Shown: positions 20,184 through 29,343, counted from the first letter of the stretch. The stretch is DNA of 32,000 nt from Halomicronema hongdechloris C2206 (GCF_002075285.3 NZ_CP021983.2:4290001-4322000), one strand, 5' to 3'. Program-made: numbers and translations. The notes: generated by a model from the sequence alone, not told the origin.

Positions 20184-20415
20184 CCTAGACGAACCCTATA
20201 CTTGGTCAACTGCGGCGTCAGTTTGGCTGCTACTCGGGAGCAAAAGAAACTAGTACTCTGCGGCAGACATAACGCCTCTATTGACTAGAGCGGCAAGGCT
20301 GCATTGATCAGGATCTCCCTGTCTGCCTTCCTACTTCTGCCTTGGCATACTAGGGAGCAGGAGGCGGTTACTCAATGGGCAGTGACTGCGTCGCTACAGC
20401 CGTCATCAACCAAAG

Positions 20416-21888
20416 ATGTGTCCGTCTCTTGAAGAACGCCACCTATCGCTTACTATAGGTGGTTGTGTTTGCCCACAGGAGTCTCCCTTGCATACCCCCC
20501 CTGCCTCTGCTCAGACCTGGAGCCATCGATTCGATACGGCTCTGCACCCTGCGATCGCACAGTTCAATGCCAGCATCGGCTTTGATATGACGTTGATCGA
20601 ATACGACCTGACTGGCTCCCAGGCCCATGCCAAGATGCTAGCCAAGACGGGTATCATCAGCCCAGACGAAGGCGAAACCCTGGTCAAAGGCCTAGAGACC
20701 ATCCGTCAGGACTATCGTCAGGGCCAGTTTCGTCCTAGCATTGAGGCCGAGGATGTCCACTTTGCCGTCGAGCGCCGCCTGACAGAATTGGTGGGAGAGG
20801 TTGGCAAAAAGCTGCACACAGGCCGGTCTCGCAATGATCAAGTCGGCACGGATATTCGACTATATCTGCGGGATCAAATCATCCGATTACGTCAGCAACT
20901 CAAGCAGTTGCAGGCGGTTCTTTTATCCCTAGCCGCACAACATATCGATACATTGATCCCTGGCTACACCCATCTGCAGCGGGCCCAGCCCTTGAGCTTG
21001 GCCCATCATCTGCTGGCCTATTTCGAAATGGCCCAACGGGACTGGGAACGGTTGGGGGATGTCATGGCCCGCGTCAATGTATCGCCCTTGGGCTGTGGCG
21101 CCCTGGCTGGGACAACCTTTCCCATTGATCGCCACTATACCGCCGAGTTGCTGGGCTTTGGTGGACTCTATGCCAATAGCCTAGATGGGGTGAGCGATCG
21201 TGACTTTGCCATTGAATTCGCCGCTGCCGCCAGCGTCATCATGGTGCATCTATCCCGCCTCGGGGAGGAAATTATTCTGTGGGCCTCAGATGAGTTTGGG
21301 TTCGTGCGTCTGAACGACAGCTGTTCCACGGGCTCGAGCATCATGCCCCAGAAGAAAAACCCGGACGTTCCGGAGCTGGTTCGGGGTAAGACAGGGCGGG
21401 TATTTGGCCATCTGCAAGGGTTGTTGACCCTGATGAAGGGGTTGCCGCTGGCCTATAACAAGGACTTGCAGGAGGATAAGGAAGCCCTCTTCGATACGGT
21501 CGCGACTGTGCAGGGCTGCCTAGAGGCGATGACGCTATTGCTGCAGCAAGGCATTGCCTTTCGGCCCCAGCGATTACAGCAGGCCGTGAGTAGTGATTTC
21601 TCCAATGCTACTGATGTGGCCGATTATCTGGCGGCCAAGGGGGTGCCCTTTCGCGAAGCCTATGACTTGGTGGGCCAGGTGGTGAAGACTTCCCTGGCGG
21701 CTGGCAAATTGTTGAAGGATCTCTCCCTAGAGGAGTGGCAGCAGATACATCCCGCCTTTGAGGCCGACATCTATGATGCGATCGCACCGCAGCAAGTCGT
21801 CGCCGCTCGCAATAGCTATGGCGGCACCGGCTTCGAACAGGTGCGTCATGCCCTGCAGGTGGCCCGGCGGCAGCTAGAACAGGCCTAG
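20416..21888 (+). CDS. argH: Argininosuccinate lyase
   Basis: Conserved ArgH/fumarate-lyase motifs are present: [43 protein letters not shown] and the signature [16 protein letters not shown]. The true start is probably TTG 20488, which is preceded by GGAG. The track's ATG 20416 adds a Cys-rich 24-aa extension not typical of ArgH. Confidence 0.93.
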   Translation: MCPSLEERHLSLTIGGCVCPQESPLHTPPASAQTWSHRFDTALHPAIAQFNASIGFDMTLIEYDLTGSQAHAKMLAKTGIISPDEGETLVKGLETIRQDYRQGQFRPSIEAEDVHFAVERRLTELVGEVGKKLHTGRSRNDQVGTDIRLYLRDQIIRLRQQLKQLQAVLLSLAAQHIDTLIPGYTHLQRAQPLSLAHHLLAYFEMAQRDWERLGDVMARVNVSPLGCGALAGTTFPIDRHYTAELLGFGGLYANSLDGVSDRDFAIEFAAAASVIMVHLSRLGEEIILWASDEFGFVRLNDSCSTGSSIMPQKKNPDVPELVRGKTGRVFGHLQGLLTLMKGLPLAYNKDLQEDKEALFDTVATVQGCLEAMTLLLQQGIAFRPQRLQQAVSSDFSNATDVADYLAAKGVPFREAYDLVGQVVKTSLAAGKLLKDLSLEEWQQIHPAFEADIYDAIAPQQVVAARNSYGGTGFEQVRHALQVARRQLEQA

Positions 21889-21891
21889 GCC

Positions 21892-23118
21892 ATGAGTATC
21901 AGCCTCTGTTTAATCGTCAGAAACGAAGCCCAGACCTTGCCAGGCTGCTTGGCATCGGTCGGGTCCCTAACCGACGACATCATCGTGGTGGATACCGGCT
22001 CTACCGATGGCACGATGGCGCTGGCCCGTCAATTCGGCGCCCAGGTGTATTCCTACCCGTGGCACGACGATTTCGCGGCCGCCCGCAACCATGCCCTTCA
22101 CCAGGCCAGCGGCGACTGGATCCTGGTGTTAGATGCCGACGAACGCCTGCACCCCCAGGGGGTTGCCCAGCTCCAAGCCTTAGATCAAGGGCGCCCCCTC
22201 GAGCACACCCCAGCCGCAGCAGTGCTACTGGTGAATCTGATCCGCCAAGAGGTGGGGGCCTTACAGTCGCCCTATTCCTTGGTGCCCCGATTGTTTCGCA
22301 ATCACCTAGGCCTTCACTTTACTCGGCCCTATCACGAAACCGTGGAAGACAGCGTCACCCAGTTGCAACGACAACAGCCCCACTGGCAGGTGGTAACCCT
22401 GCCCGCGCTAGCCTTGACCCACAGCGGCTATACTCCGGCTGCCATCCAACAGCAGCAAAAATTGGAGCGAGCTCGCCGCATCCTGGAGCCCTATCTGGCC
22501 GCACACCCCGATGATGCCTACATCGGCAATAAATTAGGGGCACTCTATGGCCAAGCTGGAGACTGGGATCAGGCCCTAGCCCTATTGCAACGGGCCCGGA
22601 CAACGGTGGCACCAGAGGACTCGGTTACCGGCTATGAACTGCAGTATCATCTGGGGCTGGCCTACCGTCATCGCCAGGATTGGGAGCAGGCAATCGCCCA
22701 TTATCGTCAGGCTCTGGCAGTGCCCCTATTACCCGCTTTGAAGTTAGGGGCCCAGATTAACCTAGGCAGTGCGTTGAAGGCGCAAGGGCATCTACTCGAT
22801 GCGATCGCATGTTTTCAGCAGGCCATTGATGTCGACCCTAGCTGCGCCGTCGCCTACTACAACCTAGGCTTGACCCAGCGGGCCAGGGGATATTTAGACG
22901 AGGCGATTGCGGCCTATCGGCAGGCTATCCGGCTCCAGCCAACCTACGCCGAGGCCCATCGCAACCTCGCCGTTGCCCTGTTCAAGCTCGGCCAGCTCCC
23001 AGAATGCCGCCAATCCTTTCGACGGGCCATCAAGCTTTACGACAGCACCCAACCCGCCGAGGCCCAGCGGTTACGGCAACAGGTCCAGGCCCTAGGGCTA
23101 GCCCTCGATCGCGATTAA
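21892..23118 (+). CDS. Glycosyltransferase family 2 domain fused to C-terminal TPR repeats
   Basis: 408 aa. The GT2 N-terminus is ISLCLIVRNEAQTLPGCLASV...IIVVDTGSTDGT...WILVLDADE. Several TPR units follow (AYYNLGLTQRARGYLDEAIAAYRQAIRLQPTYAEAHRNLAVALFKLGQ). The ATG lies 3 nt after the argH stop. Confidence 0.85.
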   Translation: MSISLCLIVRNEAQTLPGCLASVGSLTDDIIVVDTGSTDGTMALARQFGAQVYSYPWHDDFAAARNHALHQASGDWILVLDADERLHPQGVAQLQALDQGRPLEHTPAAAVLLVNLIRQEVGALQSPYSLVPRLFRNHLGLHFTRPYHETVEDSVTQLQRQQPHWQVVTLPALALTHSGYTPAAIQQQQKLERARRILEPYLAAHPDDAYIGNKLGALYGQAGDWDQALALLQRARTTVAPEDSVTGYELQYHLGLAYRHRQDWEQAIAHYRQALAVPLLPALKLGAQINLGSALKAQGHLLDAIACFQQAIDVDPSCAVAYYNLGLTQRARGYLDEAIAAYRQAIRLQPTYAEAHRNLAVALFKLGQLPECRQSFRRAIKLYDSTQPAEAQRLRQQVQALGLALDRD

Positions 23119-23146
23119 TAGCCTTATAGACTTGCACCACCCTTTC

Positions 23147-23713
23147 CTAGCGGTAGCGAGTATCCTCCCAACCAAATTGATGCCCCGATTGGGGAGACTT
23201 GCGCTGCCAACCCACGTCTGCGCCATAGGTGCCTGGCCGCCAATGGGTTCGATGAGATTTGGCGCCTGACGATGGTGTAGTGGATTGCCCGGCAATGCGA
23301 CCCACTAAATACTTGACTCGCTTGACCACATCATCCCATGACAATTCTTCCTGGCGGAAAAGTTCTCGTAGGGCTTGCAAAGCTGCTTGAGCCTCGGCGT
23401 GATCACTCATCTTCAACGGTTCCGATAGTCGAATCGGATCAACCTGAACGGCAGCCAAGGCTTGGCGTACAGCCGCTCTGATTTGATTACGGAATTCTTT
23501 CTTAGCCTTATCGTACTGATGCTGCCAGCCCCTTTCGCTAGAGGCATAGAGGGAGGGTAAGCGGTTCAAGGCGTAGGTTTCTACTTCGACCCGCTTCACA
23601 TATTTGGCGATGCGCGGCGGCAGCTCCTTCAGGTGCCGATCGACTTCTTCGGCCACCAGTAGTTCCATCACATTGACATAGGACCGATGAGGAGGCGCTT
23701 GCGTAATAGCCAT
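23147..23713 (-). CDS. ComFB-family protein (late competence development protein ComFB domain) with about 90-aa C-terminal extension
   Basis: The sequence NVMELLVAEEVDRHLKELPPRIAKYVKRVEVETYALNRLPSLYASSERGW is the characteristic ComFB (PF10719-type) pattern. I prefer ATG 23713 over the track's TTG 23740. Confidence 0.75.
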   Translation of the reverse strand: MAITQAPPHRSYVNVMELLVAEEVDRHLKELPPRIAKYVKRVEVETYALNRLPSLYASSERGWQHQYDKAKKEFRNQIRAAVRQALAAVQVDPIRLSEPLKMSDHAEAQAALQALRELFRQEELSWDDVVKRVKYLVGRIAGQSTTPSSGAKSHRTHWRPGTYGADVGWQRKSPQSGHQFGWEDTRYR

Positions 23714-24049
23714 AGGCCACCTTAATGTTGAGTCAAACAATCGCAGGCTCAGTCTGCTTCAGCATGCTGCAAAGATTCAGTCGCCCATAGTGCTAACCGC
23801 CTAGAAACTTCTGCACAATTATGGTCGCGGTGGAGATGCGATCGCATCCCCTAGCAGCCACTTCCTGACAGTCACAGCATTAGCCAATACCGCAAATCGA
23901 ACTCGGAACCTAATGGGAGACTGATGCGAACACCTACCAAAGCAGATTGAGATAAGGCCCTGATGGTAACAATGACAGTAGATATTATCTTATTGTGGCA
24001 GATGAAAAACTTTCTCCGCAACTTTACGTAGGAATAGCTGCCTTTGGCA

Positions 24050-24086
24050 GAGGACGGAGGGCGGAAAAGGGAGGACGGAGAGCGGA
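24050..24086. repeat. Direct repeat GAGGACGGAG(G/A)GCGGA x2 with 21-nt period
   Basis: Read directly: the copies lie at 24050-24065 and 24071-24086. The region is purine-rich and non-coding. Confidence 0.8.
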
Positions 24087-24146
24087 GATGGGGGGGTGTA
24101 TAGCCTAACGGCATTCAAGAAAGGCGGAGCCTGCCTGAAGGGCTTA

Positions 24147-24196
24147 GGGGTGATGGGGTGATGGGAAGTTTTGAATTTTGAATTTTGAATTTTGAA
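24147..24196. repeat. Short tandem repeats: GGGGTGAT x2.4 (24147-24165) followed by heptamer TTTTGAA x4 (24169-24196); STRR-like cyanobacterial microsatellites
   Basis: The copies were counted directly in the sequence. Heptanucleotide tandem repeats (STRR) are an established feature of many cyanobacterial genomes. Confidence 0.85.
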
Positions 24197-24340
24197 TGGT
24201 TCGACTACGATTGCCCCTGCGGAGCCGCTGTCGCGCTTGGCGAAGCCGTTCGGCCGAGCTCAGGCCGAGGCCTGGCTGAAAGCCATACACCACAAGCGGT
24301 TCGGCTCCGTTGCTCCTGTGGAGCCGCTTTGCGAACACCA

Positions 24341-24825
24341 CAAGCGGTTCGCCCTGGTCATCGGAGTCCGAGGGGAGCGTAGGGGAAAGGATGAAAGCAG
24401 AAGGAAGAAGGCAAAAAGTCCATCGTGTCCCCGCTGATGCAATGCGATCTTGAACGACCAACCGACAGGCTTTTCCGCGGGGTCCAGGGCGGCGGAACGC
24501 CCTGGTCGTAGGAGTCCGAGGGGAGCGTAGGGGAAAGGATGAAAGCAGAAGGAAGAAGGCAAAAAAGTCCATCGTGTCCCCGCTGATGCAATGCGATCTT
24601 GAACGACCAACCGACAGGCTTTTCCGCGGGGTCCAGGGCGGCGGAACGCCCTGGTCGTAGGAGTCCGAGGGGAGCGTAGGGGAAAGGATGAAAGCAGAAG
24701 GAAGAAGGCAAAAAAGTCCATCGTGTCCCCGCTGATGCAATGCGATCTTGAACGACCAACCGACAGGCTTTTCCGCGGGGTCCAGGGCGGCGGAACGCCC
24801 TGGTCGTAGGAGTCCGAGGGGAGCG
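24341..24825. repeat. Tandem array of a 148/149-bp unit: full copies at 24363-24510, 24511-24659 and 24660-24808, a degenerate partial copy at 24341-24362 and a truncated fourth copy at 24809-24825
   Basis: Copies were aligned by eye. They are identical except for one A5 versus A6 run. Each unit contains the hairpin CCAGGGCG-gcggaa-CGCCCTGG (for example 24484-24505). The unit length is not a multiple of 3. Confidence 0.95.
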
Positions 24826-24890
24826 AGATCCCCTCGGGTGAGTACTCTGGCTTGGAAAACCAAGTGCGGTCTTATCGAGATCCAGTACTC
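24814..24890 (-). other. Two stable stem-loops about 85-160 nt downstream of the clpB stop (possible terminator or processing structures)
   Basis: Hairpin A is CCGAGGGGA-gcgaga-TCCCCTCGG at 24814-24837 (9-bp stem). Hairpin B (24840-24890) is compound: GAGTACTCTGG pairs with CCAGTACTC and encloses CTTGG-aaaa-CCAAG. Neither is followed by a U-tract, so terminator function is unproven. Confidence 0.4.
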
Positions 24891-24974
24891 CTAACTGACA
24901 GGCCCTACTACGGAGTCCAGGGTAGTTCGACTGCGGGAGCCGCTGAGGGCAACGCACTCGCTTGCTTCAGGACC

Positions 24975-27593
24975 TTACGTAATCACTAGCTCAGCCGGCA
25001 GACGCTTGAAGGACAAGCGCTCGTTTTCTACATCGACGAAGATGGTATCGCCTTCGCCGAATTCGGCTCTCAGGATGGCCTTGGCGATTTGAGTCTCTAG
25101 CTCCCGTTGAATCGCCCGCTTCAGGGGCCGAGCGCCATAGACCGGGTCGTAACCCACCTCAGCCAGAAAGTCGACGGCCGCATCGGAGAGGCGGAGAGCC
25201 ATCTTGCGGTCTGCCAATCGCTGCTCCAACCGCTGAATCTGCAGTTTAACGATGTCGCGCAGCTGATCCCGACGCAGGGCATGGAAGATGATCATCTCAT
25301 CTACCCGGTTGAGGAACTCGGGTCGGAAGTTGGCTCGCAGGGCATCTAGCACTCGCGATCGCATCTCGTCATACTGCTCATCGTCACCGGCCACATCCAG
25401 AATGTACTGGGAGCCGATGTTGCTGGTCATGATAATGATGCTGTTCTTGAAATCCACCGTATGGCCCTGGGCGTCGGTGACGCGACCATCGTCGAGGATC
25501 TGCAGCATGACATTGAAGACATCGGCATGGGCCTTTTCGATCTCGTCGAACAGGATCACCGCATAGGGACGGCGGCGAATCGCCTCCGTTAGCTGCCCGC
25601 CTTCGTCGTAGCCGACATAGCCCGGAGGCGCCCCGATCAGGCGAGAGACGGCATGCTTCTCCATGTATTCCGACATGTCGATGCGCACCATGGCCTCTTC
25701 GGTATCGAACAGGTAAGCCGCCAGAGCCTTAGCCAATTCCGTCTTACCGACACCGGTAGGCCCCAGGAAGATAAAGCTGGCCGTGGGCCGATTGGGGTCA
25801 GCCAACCCGGCTCGAGAGCGCTGAATCGAGTCGGCCACTGCCGTGACGGCCTCATCTTGGCCCACCACTCGCCGATGTAACTCGTCTTCCAGGGTCAGCA
25901 ACTTTTGCATTTCCGACTGCACCAGCTTACTGACCGGAATGCCCGTCCACTTGGAGATGATTTCGGCGATATCAGCCTCAGTCACCTCTTCCCGCAGTAA
26001 GGTCTTACCGGTAGTCTGGGTTTCCTCCAGGTGGGTTTCGGCCTGCTGCAGCTCCCGTTTCAGGTCCGTTAATCGACCGTACTTCAGTTCAGCAGCCCGG
26101 TTCAGGTCATAGTCTCGCTCCGCCTGCTGAATCTCGATGTTGATGCGGTCGATTTCCTCCTTCAGGGCCTGGATTTGATCGATGACGTCCTTTTCCGACT
26201 GCCATTGGGCGTTGAGGGCACTCTGCTGTTCCTTCAGATCGGCGACTTCCTTCTCCAGCCGCTCCAGGCGCTCCTGGGAGGCGGGGTCATTTTCCTTTTG
26301 CAGCGATAGGCGCTCCATTTCCAGCTGCAGAATCTTGCGATCCACCTCGTCCAACTCTTCTGGCTTGGAGGTGATCTCCATCTTCAGCTTGGCTGCCGCT
26401 TCGTCGACCAAGTCAATGGCCTTATCGGGCAAGAAACGGTCAGAAATATAGCGAGTAGACAGGGAAGCCGCCGCCACTAGAGCACTGTCGGAGATTTTGA
26501 CGCCATGGTGGACTTCATAGCGTTCTTTCAGGCCCCGCAAAATGGAAACAGTATCTTCCACGCTGGGCTGATCCACGAACACCTGTTGGAAGCGACGTTC
26601 CAGGGCGGCGTCTTTCTCGATATATTTACGATATTCGTCTAGGGTGGTGGCGCCGATGCAGCGCAACTCGCCGCGGGCCAACATCGGTTTCAGCAAGTTA
26701 CCGGCATCCATGGCTCCTTGGGTGGCCCCGGCTCCAACGACGGTATGGATCTCATCGATGAAGAGAATGATTTGCCCCTTGGAGTCGGTGACCTCCTTCA
26801 ACACCGCCTTGAGCCGCTCCTCAAACTCCCCTCGATATTTGGCCCCGGCAATCAGGGAACCCATATCCAGGGCAATCAGCTGCCGATCTTTGAGGGATTG
26901 AGGCACATCGCCACTGACCACCCGTTGGGCCAAGCCCTCGGCAATGGCCGTCTTTCCCACCCCCGGTTCACCAATCAATACCGGGTTGTTTTTAGTGCGG
27001 CGCGAGAGAATCTGGATGGTGCGGCGGATCTCATCGTCCCGGCCAATCACCGGGTCTAACCTACCCTCTCGGGCGGCCTGGGTCAGGTCCCGGCCATATT
27101 TGGTCAGGGCTTCGTACTTGCCTTCGGGGTTTTGATCGGTCACTTTCTGGTGGCCTCGAATTTGCTGAATGGCGTCTTTGAGTTTAGCGTCAGTAATCTG
27201 AAAGTCCTGGAAGAGGGTCTTGCCGAAGCGATCATCTTTGGCGTAGCCCAGGATTAAATGCTCGATGGAGATATAGTCATCGCCATAGGATTTGCGATGG
27301 GCTTCGGCCCGATCGAGCAGGGTGTCGAGGGAACGGCCCAGATACACGGAGCCGCCACTGCCAGAAACCTGAGGCTGTTTCTCGATGAAGGTCTGGGTAC
27401 GATCGCGCAGCTGTTGACCATTGACCCCCAGCTTAGCGAAGATGCTAGCGGCTAGCCCTTCTTGCTCCAGCAGGGCCATCATCAGGTGTTCGCTTTCGAT
27501 CTGCTGTTGTTTGGCCTGCTTGGCAATGTCTGGGGTGCGTGCGATCGCACTCCAGGCTTTGTCGGTAAATTGATTGGGATTGGTCGGTTGCAT
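24975..27593 (-). CDS. clpB: ATP-dependent chaperone ClpB (class 1 AAA+ disaggregase)
   Basis: 872 aa. It has the Clp N-domain, two Walker A sites ([10 protein letters not shown] and [12 protein letters not shown]), a long coiled-coil middle domain between the NBDs, and the ClpB-typical length. Confidence 0.95.
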   Translation of the reverse strand: MQPTNPNQFTDKAWSAIARTPDIAKQAKQQQIESEHLMMALLEQEGLAASIFAKLGVNGQQLRDRTQTFIEKQPQVSGSGGSVYLGRSLDTLLDRAEAHRKSYGDDYISIEHLILGYAKDDRFGKTLFQDFQITDAKLKDAIQQIRGHQKVTDQNPEGKYEALTKYGRDLTQAAREGRLDPVIGRDDEIRRTIQILSRRTKNNPVLIGEPGVGKTAIAEGLAQRVVSGDVPQSLKDRQLIALDMGSLIAGAKYRGEFEERLKAVLKEVTDSKGQIILFIDEIHTVVGAGATQGAMDAGNLLKPMLARGELRCIGATTLDEYRKYIEKDAALERRFQQVFVDQPSVEDTVSILRGLKERYEVHHGVKISDSALVAAASLSTRYISDRFLPDKAIDLVDEAAAKLKMEITSKPEELDEVDRKILQLEMERLSLQKENDPASQERLERLEKEVADLKEQQSALNAQWQSEKDVIDQIQALKEEIDRINIEIQQAERDYDLNRAAELKYGRLTDLKRELQQAETHLEETQTTGKTLLREEVTEADIAEIISKWTGIPVSKLVQSEMQKLLTLEDELHRRVVGQDEAVTAVADSIQRSRAGLADPNRPTASFIFLGPTGVGKTELAKALAAYLFDTEEAMVRIDMSEYMEKHAVSRLIGAPPGYVGYDEGGQLTEAIRRRPYAVILFDEIEKAHADVFNVMLQILDDGRVTDAQGHTVDFKNSIIIMTSNIGSQYILDVAGDDEQYDEMRSRVLDALRANFRPEFLNRVDEMIIFHALRRDQLRDIVKLQIQRLEQRLADRKMALRLSDAAVDFLAEVGYDPVYGARPLKRAIQRELETQIAKAILRAEFGEGDTIFVDVENERLSFKRLPAELVIT

Positions 27594-27873
27594 CGGCCTT
27601 CCCCCCCTTAACGCGTAATCGGCTCGTGATCTAGTGACTGTGTCTGTCCGCCTGGCTCGGGTGAATGCCTTAGGATCTAGAGTCCAATCAGGGGTTAAGG
27701 GTTGAGCAATTGAGTTCAGTGATCAATTCAACTGTCAAACCTAAGCGCTTAATACTCACCGACTCCTGCCAGCATCCTTCCGGGCGGATTAGACGTGATT
27801 ATTTTGCATTGTAAGCAGTCATGACGACAGCTGGGGATCGGTGTTTACGAGTTTTGCCGGCGGGTTACACCCC

Positions 27874-28598
27874 CTACCGAAATTTCAATTTGCGACCGGC
27901 ATGGAGACACATTTTCAGCAACACCAGTCCCTCTTTCACGTGGGCAATGTTCGACTCTCCATAGCGTCTAGGCTGATAGCGAATCGGTACTTCCACAATG
28001 TGTAAATTTAGCTTAGCCGCCCCAAACAGCAGATCGAAATCCCCGAAGGGATCGAAGTCCCCGAAGTAATGGCGGCCGGCGACAATGCGTTCATAATCGT
28101 GACGCCACAGCACTTTAGTCCCGCAGAGGGTGTCCTTCAATGGTTGTTCCAAGAGAAACGAAAACAGCTGGGCGAAGATCTTGTTGGCCAAGGTATTAAT
28201 CCAGGGCATGGCCTGCCGCGAGCGGGGGTAGACCAGGCGGGAGCCGTTGATAAATTCCCCCCGCCCGGACGTAATCACCTCGACGAAGTGGGGCAGATCC
28301 TCTGGCGGCACCGTCAGATCGGCATCGAGGATGAGCAAAATCTCGCCGCTGGCCTCGGCAAAGCCCAGCCGCACGGCATCGGCCTTGCCCTTGCCGCTCT
28401 GTTGTAGGGCCTTCAGGGTAAATGGCCCCCGATAGTGCTGTAGTTGGGCTTGAATGGCCGGCCAGGGGGGACCTGGGAGTGCCCTTCGACGAAAATCACC
28501 TCGGTATGGCCCTCGGTACGTGCGATCGCATCGGCAATATTTCCAGCCTCATTACGGGCCGGCATAATCACCGAACAGCTAGGGAGGTCAAGGGGCAA
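27874..28598 (-). pseudogene. Glycosyltransferase family 2 (polyprenyl-phosphate sugar synthase / DPM1-GtrB-ArnC-like) interrupted by a 1-nt frameshift at a C6 (plus-strand G6) tract
   Basis: The N-terminal part (28598-28413, one frame) reads SVIMPARNEAGNIADAIARTEGHTEVIFVEGHS. The C-terminal part (open from 28548 down to 27874, another frame) reads WPAIQAQLQHYRGPFTLKALQQSGKGKADAVRLGFAEASGEILLILDADLTVPPEDL...FGDFDLLFGAAK...VEVPIRYQPR. By hand translation, one extra C at 28465-28470 gives a continuous protein of about 241 aa. Confidence 0.75.
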
Positions 28599-29343
28599 AG
28601 GTGCTGGGAGGCACTACATAATTGGTGAGGCAGAGACGCTTCAGGAGGGGCAACGGGGCCAGATAGCGATTCACCCACCCCGATAGGCCAGGAAGGCGCT
28701 TGGGCAGCAGCAAGCGGTGGCCTTGCTTCAGGGGAATATAGCCGGTGATGCCAAGGAGATTGCTCACATCTGCTCGAGACAGCCAATTCTGGGGGGGTTG
28801 AGGGCGACGTTGGCCAATGGTTTCAGCAAAGCGCAAGATCGGCTCCCACATGTAGTTGTGAAAACTGAGCACCAAACGGGTGCGACGATGGCAGACGGCC
28901 TGCAATCGTTGCAACACCGACTGAATATCGCCCAAGTAGCCCAGAGCCCCCGCCACCACGATGTAGTCAAAACAGCGGTGAGCAACGGCTAGATCCTCCA
29001 CCGTCAAGATCTCGGCATCCAGGCAGTAAAAGGTGAGCTGGGGATATTTCTGCCGGGCAATCTCAACGACTGCGGAGGCAATGTCGAGGCCCACGCCCAG
29101 ACTCGGGGCCAGAGCGTGGAGCAGGTCGCCGGTGCCACAGCCTATTTCTAAGACCCGACTGCCAGGGGGAATCACCTGCTGATGCAGTTGCTCTAAGTCG
29201 CGATAGTAAAGGCGATTGCGCTGACTCCAGCGATCCAGATCGGGGGCTAAGCGGTTGAAGTAGTCGCGAATTTCTGCCTTGAAGCTAGTCTTAGGGGCAG
29301 CACTAGGGGGAGCCGATAGGGTCACGAATAGGCACTCACTCAA
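28588..29343 (-). CDS. Class I SAM-dependent methyltransferase
   Basis: 251 aa. Motif I is VLEIGCGTGDLLHALAP, followed by downstream motifs (FDYIVVAGALGYL). The start is uncertain (TTG 29343 or GTG 29325). The stop overlaps the GT2 reading frame. Confidence 0.8.
   Translation of the reverse strand: MSECLFVTLSAPPSAAPKTSFKAEIRDYFNRLAPDLDRWSQRNRLYYRDLEQLHQQVIPPGSRVLEIGCGTGDLLHALAPSLGVGLDIASAVVEIARQKYPQLTFYCLDAEILTVEDLAVAHRCFDYIVVAGALGYLGDIQSVLQRLQAVCHRRTRLVLSFHNYMWEPILRFAETIGQRRPQPPQNWLSRADVSNLLGITGYIPLKQGHRLLLPKRLPGLSGWVNRYLAPLPLLKRLCLTNYVVPPSTFAP

Noticed and set aside
20416-20487. 24-aa Cys-rich N-terminal extension of ArgH from the upstream ATG
   Set aside because: ArgH orthologues start a few residues before the conserved TWSxRF motif. 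An in-frame TTG at 20488 preceded by GGAG gives the canonical length, so the extension is probably not translated.
22059-22612. Alternative-frame ORFs (151 aa on plus, 85 aa on minus) within the GT2-TPR gene
   Set aside because: Their Arg/Pro/Gly-rich translations are typical of off-frame reading of GC-rich coding sequence. The in-frame GT2 and TPR motifs explain the region.
23872-24114. 80-aa minus-strand ORF upstream of comFB
   Set aside because: It runs through the AT-rich spacer and the purine repeat block. Its translation is low-complexity (PPHLRSPSSLFRPPSS), and no start signal is present.
24195-24215. tRNA-like T-loop sequence GGTTCGACT (also GTAGTTCGACTGC near 24921)
   Set aside because: The flanking bases do not form a T-stem, and no acceptor, D or anticodon arms can be drawn. 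The sequence is part of the flanking repeat box instead.
24341-24825. Possible CRISPR array
   Set aside because: The entire 149-bp unit is repeated identically, so there are no unique spacers between short repeats. No cas genes are present in the window, and the period is far from the 60-75 bp of CRISPR arrays.
24144-24957. Three long overlapping minus-strand ORFs (239, 153 and 199 aa) spanning the repeat region, with repeated peptide blocks
   Set aside because: They arise because the 148/149-bp unit happens to lack stops in all minus-strand frames. The period is not a multiple of 3, so successive copies are read in different frames, which is incompatible with a selected protein repeat. There is no credible start context, and the composition is Pro/Arg/Ser-rich.
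25107-27455. Multiple plus-strand ORFs of 63-113 aa opposite clpB
   Set aside because: They are antisense to an unambiguous 872-aa ClpB CDS. They are low-complexity Ser/Arg-rich and carry no motifs.
28460-28475. Programmed -1 ribosomal frameshifting or transcriptional slippage at C CCC CCT in the GT2 gene
   Set aside because: The heptamer formally fits the X XXY YYZ pattern, and a -1 slip would give the correct protein. However, C6 is short for transcriptional slippage. I see no convincing downstream stimulatory structure, only the 10-nt palindrome TGGCCGGCCA. GT2 enzymes of this type are not known to use recoding, so a mutation or homopolymer sequencing error is more parsimonious.
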